Below are positions 53,025 to 63,487 of a stretch of DNA of 64,000 bases, in pieces (the first letter of the stretch is position 1; every line of letters begins with the position of its first letter). A program made the position numbers and the translations under genes. This DNA comes from Haliotis rubra (Eukaryota), in NCBI RefSeq assembly GCF_003918875.1, contig NW_025765969.1, positions 434,001 through 498,000 of the forward strand, given 5' to 3'. Below the pieces are notes generated by a model. That model did no database searches, was not told where the DNA came from, and saw only the letters and a program-made list of their open reading frames with translations.

Positions 53025-53340
53025 AGAACTGGATATGTAGACGTGTGGACATGGAGAGTTGGGTGTGTCGAACTGGATGTGGGCGTGTGGATATGGAGAG
53101 TCGGGTGTGTCGAACTGGATATGTGGACGTGTGGACATGGAGAGTCGGGTGTGTCGAACTGGATATGTGGACGTGTGGACATGGAGAGTTGGGTGTGTCG
53201 AACTGGATGTGGGTGTGTGGATATGGCGAGTTGGGTGTGTCGAACTGGATATGTGGACGTGTGGACATGGAGAGTTGGGTGTGTCGAACTGGATATGTGG
53301 ACGTGTGGACATGGAGAGTTGGGTGTGTCAAACTGGACCT
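53025..53340. repeat. 42-44-bp minisatellite
   Basis: Unit GAACTGGATATGTGGACGTGTGGACATGGAGAGTTGGGTGTGTC, ~7 copies. Confidence 0.9.
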
Positions 53341-53682
53341 GACAGGAAAAACAAAAGTATTTCTGCTGCCATGGTTAAAAAATGTCATCTTTAGAAATGT
53401 AGTCTGTAATACAACAGTTTAGTCTCTACCCTCTGTGAAGTTTACAGCTTGGCCAAGCTGATTCATGTTAACTTTGAACCCTGGCTGGGCTATCCATGTG
53501 TGCAGTGAGTGTGGAGTCAAACCTGGACATGTTTTGAAAAGTAAACACATTAATGTGTTCAGGTCCTAATTATGGCAATATTCAAGTGTGACATTGCTGC
53601 TTGAACATCCTCAAGACTTGACCTGGGAAACAAGTGACACACACCGATCGACACCACCACAATATCTCACAAAGAAACCACA

Positions 53683-54011
53683 TTACTGCTTCAACATGGA
53701 CTGATACAGGTAGCACTTCTTCTGGTGGTTGTTCAGACTGGGCCTATACTTGTAGGCCTTGCCGCACACACACGGAAAGGTGACATTGTCATGCACAGCC
53801 TGCTTGTGGTAGTACAGGCCGGAATCGTCAGTAAACTCCTTATCACACTGGGGACATTTTTTCTTTCCCCAGTTCCTGTCAGTGAGCCCACCGTACCCGG
53901 TCTGAGTGCTCCCCCCACCCAGGTCATGGTACCCCACACAGGCATACCTGCTTCCCCTGTATGCTGTGTCACACTGATAGGAGGAGGAGGAGGGGCCATT
54001 ATTGCCATAAC
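53683..54011 (-). CDS. Alternative terminal exon ZF-L: zinc-finger pair
   Basis: Acceptor CTTTTGTTCCTTTCAG|GT (phase 1); CPQCDKEFTDDSGLYYHKQAVH-DNVTFP-CVCGKAYKYRPSLNNHQKKC. Confidence 0.85.
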
Positions 54012-54604
54012 CTGAAAGGAACAAAAGTCAGCTGGAGTTTGGGTCGTTGAAGGAAACAAAATCACTGCTAAAGATCTTTGTTGGATTATGGTCTAACACT
54101 GCACTCGTGTGCCAAAACCTCTTAGCATCATTTTCACACCCTAATGAAATTGTATGAACAATTGCATGCCAAGTTCACTTGACCAAACTGAATCTTACTA
54201 GACTCTGACTTCAGACAAGTGGCTAAAGTAACTCACTGCACTTCGAAATATTCCAGCTGTACGACAGCAGCTGGTATACAACTGAGTCCGAAACGGTCTG
54301 CACAGTGATTGTCTTTGCCAAACACTTTTGAATTCGCTGGCCAAAACATGCATCTTAGCACCATTTATTAATGACCAATAGTCAACTAATTGGGACTGAT
54401 CTATTCAACTGGGTGTGGTGAATTACCTAGACTGGTTGCATTCAGCAACAATTGCAACAAACCAATCTCCAGTCAAGAAATCAGCATACTTTATTTTTTC
54501 GTCAAGATTTCTTGGAACAACCATCACTGAGTGTGTGTGTACCCACATACGTGTGCATGCATGTATTTATGTGTTGTTTAACTACACACCAATCTATATT
54601 GTAG

Positions 54605-54995
54605 TGAACAATGGGGAGAGTTCTACAGATATACAACTTCTTTATTTTTAATATGAGCGACGTTTTGGTGTAGCTACTAACACTGTTGATAATGATAATG
54701 ATAATGGTGTTAGTAGCTCCACTGAAACGTCCCTCATATTAATAATAAAGAAGTTGTATATCTGTAGAACTCTCCTCATTGTTCAGGAGGTGGGGTAGCC
54801 TAGTGGTTAAAGCGTTGGCTCGTCACGCCGAAGACCCGGGTTCGAATCCCCACATGGGTACATTGTGTGAAGCCCATTTCTGGTGTCCCCCGCCGTGATG
54901 TTGCTGGAATATTGCTAAAAGCTGAGACTAAAAACTCTCAGTCAGTCAGTCAGTCATTGTTCAAAACACTGACTTCTAAATGCCACTCAAAGAAG
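54605..54995. mobile_element. Penelope-like inverted terminal remnant, copy 2 (itself interrupted by a SINE)
   Basis: Arms GATATACAACTTCTTTATT / AATAAAGAAGTTGTATATC, CGACGTTTT / GAAACGTC, and the tail ACTTCTAAATGCCACTCAAAG shared with copy 1. Confidence 0.5.
54786..54955 (+). mobile_element. SINE family A
   Basis: Full-length copy; TSD TCATTGTTCA. Confidence 0.85.
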
Positions 54996-55260
54996 TGGCC
55001 TGTAAATAATTATCTCTGGACCTGACAATCCAGTGATGAATGTATCAATGATACCAAGACAGAGACTGACCACCTGATCCACAAAGCCACCACTCACAAC
55101 CTGCTGAAGACAATTTCTAAACTAGAATACCCACAGGGGAAACATCCGAGTCAACTAATCAAGACTATAAAGGTATAAACATAAGGTTTATTTCAACATT
55201 CCCACACAATTTCCACACGGTGATGAGGTCCGAACAAACACTTAAACAGTCTTGTCAGCA

Positions 55261-55610
55261 TCAGAAGCATTTTCTTCCAGCTTCGACAGATACTGCCTGC
55301 AATTTTTTTCGGTGGAAAACAAAGTTTGGTCTGTACTTAAATACAAACCCACATACACATTCATATGTGACTTTGTCATGGATTGCCTTCTTGTGGTAGT
55401 ACAGACCACTCCTGTCCCCGAACACCTTCTCACATTGAGGACATTTATGCACCTTGTGGGGCTTAGAGGCATAGTTCTGTCTTAAACCAGCCTGTCTAAC
55501 GTAAGCACTGTTAAAACTCAAGTCTGACGGGACTGGGGCCAGTCCTGCCGAGGCCACGTGGCAATAATCCATGAAGGATTGCAATCCTGATTGTCCGTAA
55601 TCATGTAAAC
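55261..55610 (-). CDS. Alternative terminal exon ZF-M: zinc-finger pair with an apparent 1-nt frameshift before the last Cys
   Basis: Acceptor TTTTTGTTGATTTCAG|GT (phase 1); CPQCEKVFGDRSGLYYHKKAIH-DKVTYE-CVCGFVFKYRPNFVFHRKK. Removing one base from the 7-nt homopolymer at 55303-55309 restores HRKNC and moves the stop to 55242. Confidence 0.78.
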
Positions 55611-55686
55611 CTGAAATCAACAAAAATCCAATTTCAGGTACAGAAAATAGAACGTGAGCCAAGTATCCTTCAGTTTCACACGTCAT

Positions 55687-56033
55687 CTACAAAAACACAT
55701 TTCCTCGCAAATTTCCGTGGGGGCCAGAGAAACAAACAATACATGATGTGTCTCCTGCGTCAAATGGTGCAAATTCCAAGGGGACTGTGGTCGTGTTGTA
55801 TGTTTTCCCATCTGCAATAGCACAATTGTACCGATAGAACAACTGTCTATGGGCATGACATATTCTCTGAGGGTGGACACCATTGACATCTTGGGTGATA
55901 TCAATATTAAACAACTGCCACAGTTCCTTTTGACATTTTCGCGTGGAACATCCACTTCCTGTGTTCTTGCCACATATCCGACACACTTTCCGCAATCGCA
56001 TGATATGGAAGTCGAAACTATGCTGCCCGGCAA
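55687..56033 (-). CDS. Putative alternative terminal exon encoding a RAG1 N-terminal / Chapaev-transposase-like zinc-binding domain
   Basis: Acceptor GACTGACAATGGTTCTCCATTGTTCTTCAG|TT (phase 1, branch-point-like CTGAC), open for 115 codons to TAG; motifs HIMRLRKVCRICG, ELWQLFNIDITQDVNGVHPQRICHAH, EFAPFDAGDTSCIVC. Confidence 0.7.
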
Positions 56034-56290
56034 CTGAAGAACAATGGAGAACCATTGTCAGTCATAGGTCCACAAAGGTGTGATAATAGTTGTAAGGAAG
56101 ACAGTACAGAACATTTAAACATCTTTAAAGCAGCCCAGTTAACATGAAAATCAAAGACATCTCATCACAAAATTCTGGAGAAATTCAGGGATTCAAAACT
56201 GCAGGATCCCTCTACATTCTCATGATGCACTGCAAGATCTGTATTGTACTAACGATTAGGTAACACTGTGTGAGTCATTGACACAGAGAT

Positions 56291-56461
56291 TGAGTGAGTA
56301 AATGAGTATGGTTTTACACCACCTTTTTAGCAATATTCCAGCAATATCATGGCGGGGAACACCAGAAATATCCTTCTCACATTGTACCCATGTTGGGAAT
56401 CGAACCCAGGTCTTCGACGTGAAGAGCAAACACTTTAACCACTAGGCTACCTCACTATCCC
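56291..56461 (-). mobile_element. SINE family A
   Basis: Reverse copy; further copies at ~21730, ~27325, ~45356, ~56783 and ~58762. Confidence 0.8.
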
Positions 56462-56523
56462 ATTAACACAGAAGGGAATTAAACTAAAATGGTCTTCAAA
56501 GTCAGCTTAACATAATTATGACC

Positions 56524-56660
56524 TAGGGCCTTGGCATCTAATTTTAGATTGCCAACATAGGGCCTTGGCATCTAATTTTAGATTGCCAACATAGGGCCTT
56601 GGCATCTAATTTTAGATTGCCAACATAGGGCCTTGGCATCTAATTTTAGATTGCCAACAT
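56524..56660. repeat. 34-bp perfect tandem repeat with an internal hairpin, 4 copies
   Basis: TAGGGCCTTGGCATCTAATTTTAGATTGCCAACA. Confidence 0.9.
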
Positions 56661-57306
56661 ATGTACTGTATCTGACAAAACCTATTAGACTCTAACTGCT
56701 CACAACTAGATTAATCTAGTTTGAATCATGACTGCAGTGGTATGCAGATTCCCTCCCATTCAACAAAGTGACCACAGCAGAAAGTGAGTGAGTGAGCGAT
56801 CGAGTTTAGTTTTACACCGCTTTTAGCAATATTCCAGCAATATCATGGGGGGAAAAACTAGAAATGGGCTTCACACAATGTTGAGGAATCAAACCCGGAC
56901 CTTTGGCATGAATGAGCGAACACTTTAACCACTAGGCTACCCCAACACCCCCATAGCAATAAGATGATCAAGGCTCTAATACTTTAACTTACAACAGTCG
57001 TAGTGCTACAACCACTTTGTGGAATGGCTCCCCTGCCTGAAGAAAGGGGAAAATTCCACCCCTCTGACCAATTATTCGTATTTGTCACTCTGATTAGGGA
57101 GGAAAGTGGAAACTAATGCAGGTCTCAGATATTTACCACCAATAGGAAACAGACAAGTACAGGCTGCCTTTACACTTGTCTTGAAACACAATGGAAACAA
57201 ACTGGGATTTGAACCCACAATATCCGATTTCTGGTCAGAACAAGGGAGGCAACTGTGCACAGCAAATCGCACCAGATGCATGGGACACTCAATCAGCAAG
57301 GATGTT

Positions 57307-57545
57307 CAGGGGTGGAAATAACCCATTGCCCGACGTCCGAGTCCAGTGTTTTTTTCTGTCAGGCAAGCAAATTTGAATATCACACTGTACCGGTGTCCAG
57401 TTGACTTTCCAATGTTAATTATGTTGTTTATTTAAAAAATCAGCAAGAAAATGGTCGGTATAGTGGAAAAATTATCAGGGCAAGTGACTTTACATGTGCC
57501 ACTGTACCGGAGTACACTATCAATTTTAAAAGTTTTCCACCCCTG
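57307..57545. mobile_element. MITE with 5-bp TSD, copy 2
   Basis: Same family as 9373-9613; TSD ATGTT. Confidence 0.8.
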
Positions 57546-57856
57546 ATGTTGTCTAATAAATAGCAACACAAAGAAAAGGTTCATTGTAATCATACTCGTT
57601 ATGAAACTCAGATAACATGGTTTATACGAATCAGTGATGGCTGATATGATACTAGTATTACTAACTGTTTGGAGTGTTTTTACACAATTTGTAGTTATCA
57701 GGTTTCAAGTGATAACCAAAGACGGCAGACATCGGGACCAACCAACAGTATCAACTTACACAACCTGTCCCAGTCATCCATTTTAACCAATATGATAGTC
57801 CACTGTTTATCTATCACAACAGGATAACAAGAATAATTAGTAAACAAATCCATGGT

Positions 57857-58188
57857 CAGGGCTCCAGATAATTTTTCAACATCAGGAGTATGTACTCCTT
57901 ATTTTTTCAATATAGGAGTACTGGAAAATCTTAAGAGTACTGAATGGAATTTAATGGCGTATCAGTAACCTTGTGTTTCGTGTCATATATGCACCACAAC
58001 GTTGCTAGTCTTGTGTAAACAGGTCAATAAACAATAAAACAATACTTTTTCAGATACATACATCTGTAAATGATTCTAGGACCATTGTCGTCGTGTGTAT
58101 CTGCTACGTTTTCCAAATTGTTTCCTACCGTATCGTCCATATTTTTTTATCCATACATACGCCAATACGGACCTTATCTGGAGCCCCG
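57857..58188. mobile_element. MITE with 6-bp TSD
   Basis: TIR CAGGGCTCCAGATAA / TTATCTGGAGCCCCG; TSD CATGGT; truncated second copy at ~61652-61890. Confidence 0.7.
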
Positions 58189-59214
58189 CATGGTGTTTTC
58201 AATGCTAATTTATCTGTATACTTGAACACATTAACTTGAACCTGGATGAACAGTCGAAAGTTGAAATGAAGTTTGATCTTATGCATAATTATTTCAGAAT
58301 ACCCTTTAGCAATGATGAAGATAGCATACAACACTGTGTTTACAGCAATGAAAGTGTGACTGACTGAACAAAGTTAAAAATATTCACACATTATTAATAA
58401 AATTAGCCATTTCAATCAGAGGTAGTCGTTGCTATTTGAAGCCTCAAATTCAAGGCCTAATCTCTCATTAGCCAGGTCCATTGAACACGGAAGAGAACAT
58501 CTTCTTTCCCTGATGGATTTTTGTGAAAATGTGTGCTATCATACATAGTTCAACATAAGCAGCAAGTTGAAAGGGATCCATACATAGCAAGTGTAATATA
58601 CCCAACAGTGAGTGAGTGAGTGTGCTTGGTTTAACGCCTCTTTCACATTTCAGTTTCAACAAGCATGTCAGCTTGATGTGGGACAAAAGCCTTAAATGAT
58701 GCAGATCTGAGGCCTTAAACACGTTGGTGTAAGCTCGAGCAAGGGTATTGACTTGACAATAAGTGAGTGAGTTTAGTTTTATGCCGCTTTTAGCCATATT
58801 CCAGCCATATCACAGCAGAAGGCACCAGAAACGGGCTTCACATATTAAACCTATGTGGAGAATCGAACCCGGGTCTTCAGAGTGATGAGCGAACGCTTAA
58901 CCACTAGGCTACCCCAAAGTGCAGAAGAAAGGTACCCTACTGGGTAACATACACAATACACAGACATTATCACCATACAGTGATGTCTAATTGACACTTT
59001 TCAGTTGGAAAAACCCAGGATAGTAACTGGACCTTCACACGTTATACTTATCCAAATCAATATTCAAAATGTCCTTTGCAGTCTCAAAATGAGCTCAGTG
59101 CACATGCTGATTCCAGATTCGAGAAACAACACCATGAGGTCTTTTCAAACAAGATGTAATAATTATGCTCTTCAATAATGAGCCACCTCCTGTCAGTATG
59201 TTCCAATGTTTACA

Positions 59215-61205
59215 TCTGCTTAGGTAAGCACAAAACACATCATCAGTGCTCTTAAGGGCAAAAACCACATAATTGTTAATGCTTAGGTAAGCATGAATCA
59301 CATTTTTAGCGCTCTAAAACAAGCAAAAACCACACAATCTTTTACTGCTTAGGTAAGCACAACACACATCATCAGTGCTCTTAAATTGTTACAGGTAAGC
59401 ATGAATCACATTTTAAAAACAAGCAAAAACCACACAATCTTTTACTGCTTAGGTAAGCACAAAACACATCATCAGTGCTCTTAAGGGCAAAAACCACATA
59501 ATTGTTAATGCTTAGGTAAGCATGAATCACATTTTTAGCGCTCTAAAACAAGCAAAAACCACACAATCTTTTACTGCTTAGGTAAGCACAACACACATCA
59601 TCAGTGCTCTAAGACACGCAAAAACCACACAATCTTTTACTGCTTAGGTAAGCACAACACACATCATCAGTGCTCTAAGACAAGCAAAAACCACACAATC
59701 TTTTACTGCTTAGGTAAGCACAACACACATCATCAGTGCTCTAAGACACGCAAAACCACACAATTTTGCTTAGGTGCTTCATCAGTGCTCTAAGACAAGC
59801 AAAACCACACAATCTTTTACTGCTAAGGTAAGCAATAACACACATCATCAGTGCTTTAAGACAAGCAAAACCACACAATCTTTTACTGCTTAGGTAAGCA
59901 CAACACACATCATCAGTGCTCTAAGACACGCCAAAACCACACAATCTTTTTACTGCTTAGGTAAGCACAACACACATCATCAGTGCTCTAAGACAAGCAA
60001 AAAACCACACAATCTTTTACTGCTTAGGTAAGCACAACACACATCATCAGTGCTCTAAGACAAGCAAAACCACACACAATCTTTTACTGCTTAGGTAAGC
60101 ACAACACACATCATCAGTGCTCTAAGACAAGCAAAACCACACAATCTTTTACTGCTTAGGTAAGCACAACACATCATCAGTGCTCTAAGACAAGCAAAAC
60201 CACACAATCTTTTACTGCTTAGGTAAGCACAACACACATCATCAGTGCTCTAAGACAAGCAAAACCACACAATCTTTTTACTGCTTAGGTAAGCACAACA
60301 CACATCATCAGTGCTCTAAGACAAGCAAAACCACACAATCTTTTACTGCTTAGGTAAGCACAACACACATCATCAGTGCTCTAAGACAAGCAAAACCACA
60401 CAATCTTTTACTGTTTAGGTAAGCACAACACACATCATCAGTGCTCTAAGACAAGCAAAACCACACAATCTTTTACTGCTTAGGTAAGCACAACACACAT
60501 CATCAGTGCTCTAAGACAAGCAAAAACCACACAATCTTTTACTGCTTAGGTAAGCACAACACACATCATCAGTGCTCTAAGACAAGCAAAACCACACAAT
60601 CTTTTACTGCTTAGGTAAGCTGTACACACATCATCAGTGCTCTAAGACAAGCAAAAACCACACAATCTTTTACTGCTTAGGTAAGCACAACACACATCAT
60701 CAGTGCTCTAAGACAAGCAAAAACCACACAATCTTTTACTGCTTAGGTAAGCACAACACACATCATCAGTGCTCTAAGACAAGCAAAAACCACACAATCT
60801 TTTACTGCTTAGGTAAGCACAACACACATCATCAGTGCTCTAAGACAAGCAAAAACCACACAATCTTTTACTGCTTAGGTAAGCACAACACACATCATCA
60901 GTGCTCTAAGACAAGCAAAAACCACACAATCTTTTACTGCTTAGGTAAGCACAACACACATCATCAGTGCTCTAAGACAAGCAAAAACCACACAATCTTT
61001 TACTGCTTAGGTAAGCACAACACACATCATCAGTGCTCTAAGACAAGCAAAACCACACAATCTTTTACTGCTTCATCAGGTAAGACAAGCAAAACACATC
61101 TTTTACTGCTTAGGTAAGCACAACACACATCATCAGTGCTCTAAGACAAGCAAAAACCATACAATCTTTTACTGCTTAGGTAAGCACAACACACATCATC
61201 AGTTC
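59215..61205. repeat. ~65-bp minisatellite
   Basis: Unit TACTGCTTAGGTAAGCACAACACACATCATCAGTGCTCTAAGACAAGCAAAACCACACAATCTTT, ~30 copies. Confidence 0.95.
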
Positions 61206-61227
61206 CCTAAAGAGCAAGCACAACTTT

Positions 61228-61600
61228 AACATGTTATATTTGGGATTACACTTTCTTAGTAAAGCACAGCAGGGTGAACTGAGACAAGGTGGATATAAGT
61301 ATCTTGTCCAAGGATACTACGCAAATGTTCCCACCTCGGGTCCCGAACCTAGGTGCCTCCACCGTGGATCAAACCTGGGACTTCAGCATGATAGGCACAC
61401 GCCTTATCACAGCACTGAGCGGTCTAGGCGTCTGACTTTGTGTGCTGGCGATTAGGTGCCTGACTCTGAGAGTGTGGGTTCGAATCCCGGATGGGACTCA
61501 ACCCAAAAAGTACTAGAATCTGTGCTTTACTAAGAAAGTGTAATCCCAAATATAACATATTGTTACATTTGACCACTTTCTAAAATGGCATTGTGTATTT
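61228..61600 (+). mobile_element. Second copy of the tRNA-related inverted repeat, chimeric with a CORE-SINE fragment
   Basis: Shares ATGTTATATTTGGGATTACACTTTCTTAGTAAAG and its inverse with 1101-1368; 61271-61405 matches 38375-38500. Confidence 0.6.
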
Positions 61601-61914
61601 CACAAGAACAACTTTATTATTTACTGCTTAGGTAGGCACAAATCACATCTCCAGGGCTCCAGATAAATATTTCATGATCAGGAGTATGTACTCCTTACTT
61701 TTTTCAATATAGGAGTACTGGAAAACAGTAAGAGTACATTTAGAGTACTGAATGGAATTTAATGGAGTATCAGTAATCTTGTGTTTCGTTTCATATATGC
61801 ACCACAACATTGCTACTCTTGTATAAACAGGTCAATAAACAATAAAACAATACTTTTTTCAGATAAATATGTCGGTAAATGATTCTAAGACCGTACACCA
61901 TTGCTGTGGTGCGT

Positions 61915-63487
61915 CAATATACCCGTCATCAGGCTACCTATAACATCAGGCAAAGCGTCAATTAACCCCCATAGTGGTAACACAAGTACAATATACCAGT
62001 CATCTGGCTACCCATAACATCAGGCAAAGCGTCAGTTAACCCCGGTAGTGGTAACACAAGTACAATATACCAGTCATCTGGCTACCCATTACATCAGGCA
62101 AAGCGTCAGTTAACCCCAGCTGTGGTAACACAAGTTCAATATACCCGTCATCAGGCTACCTGTTACATCAGGCAAAGCATCAGTTAACCCCTGCTGTGGT
62201 AACACAAGTTCAATATACCCGTCATCAGGCTACCTGTTACATCAGGCAAAGCGTCAATTAACCCCAGTAGTGGTAACACAAGTACAATATACCATCATCA
62301 GGCTACCTGTTACATCAGGCAAAGCGTCAATTAACCACAGTAGTGGTAACACAAGTACAATATACCGTCATCAGGCTACCTGTTACATCAGGCAAAGCGT
62401 CAATTAACCCCAGTAGTGGTAACACAAGTACAATATACCCGTCATCAGGCAAAGCGTCAATTAACCCCTGCTGTGGTAACACAAGTACAATATACCAGTT
62501 AGCTGGCTACCCATAACATCAGGCAAAGCGTCAGTTAACCCCAGTAGTGGTAACATCAGGCAAAGCGTCAGTTAACCCCTGCTGTGGTAACACAAGTTCA
62601 ATATACCCGTCATCAGGCTACCTGTTACATCAGGCAAAGCGTCAGTTAACCCCTGCTGTGGTAACACAAGTTCAATATACCTGTCATCAGGCTACCTGTT
62701 ACATCAGGCAAAGCTTAACCCCTGCTGTGGTAACACAAGTTCAATATACCCGCATCAGGCTACCTGTTACAGTTAAAGTGTCAGTTAACCCCTGCTGTGG
62801 TAACACAAGTTCAATATACCCGCCATCAGGCTACCTGTTACATCAGGCAAAGCAATTAACCCCTGCTGTGGTAACACAAGTTCAATATACCACCAGTCAT
62901 CCCTACCTGTTACATCAGGCAAAGCGTCAGTTAACCCCTGCTGTGGTAACACAAGTTCAATATACAAAGCGTCATCAGGCTTCAATATACCTGTCATCAG
63001 GCTACCTGTTACATCAGGCAAAGCGTCAGTTAACCCCTGCTGTGGTAACACAAGTTCAATATACCCGTCATCAGGCTACCTGTTACATCAGGCAAAGTGT
63101 CAATTAACCCCACAAGTTCAATATACCTGTCATCAGGCTACCTGTTACATCAGGCAAAGTGTCAGTTAACCCCGGTAGTGGTAACACAAGTTCAATATAC
63201 CTGTCATCAGGCTACCTGTTACATCAGGCAAAGCGTCAATTAACCCCAGTAGTGGTAACACAAGTTCAATATACCTGTCATCAGGCTACCTATTACATCA
63301 GGCAAAGCGTANCAGTTAACCCCTGTAGTGGTAACACAAGTTCAATATACCTGTCATCAGGCTACCTGTTACATCAGGCAAAGTCCAGTTAACCCCACAA
63401 GTTCAATATACCTGTCATCAGGCTACCTGTTACATCAGGCAAAGTGTCAGTTAACCCCAGGTAGTGGTAACACAAGTTCAACATACC
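61915..63487. repeat. 74-bp minisatellite
   Basis: Unit CAATATACCCGTCATCAGGCTACCTGTTACATCAGGCAAAGCGTCAGTTAACCCCTGCTGTGGTAACACAAGTT, ~21 copies; one N at 63312. Confidence 0.92.

Noticed and set aside
52966-53422. Overlapping ORFs on both strands
   Set aside because: Artefacts of the 42-44-bp minisatellite
7670-55686. Zinc-finger ORFs as single-exon genes starting at the listed Met
   Set aside because: Listed starts are often TTG/GTG codons inside the polypyrimidine tract, intron or a SINE, and similarity between copies begins at the acceptor
7670-56033. Naming the gene lola, broad, fru or mod(mdg4)
   Set aside because: Only the architecture is analogous; no BTB or other constant exon is visible in the window
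55687-56055. A RAG1 gene or intact ProtoRAG/Chapaev transposon
   Set aside because: Only the N-terminal zinc-binding module is present; no RING, catalytic core, RAG2-like ORF or TIRs seen
11749-63487. Tandem arrays as CRISPR loci
   Set aside because: Units repeat head-to-tail without unique spacers, there are no cas genes, and the context is eukaryotic
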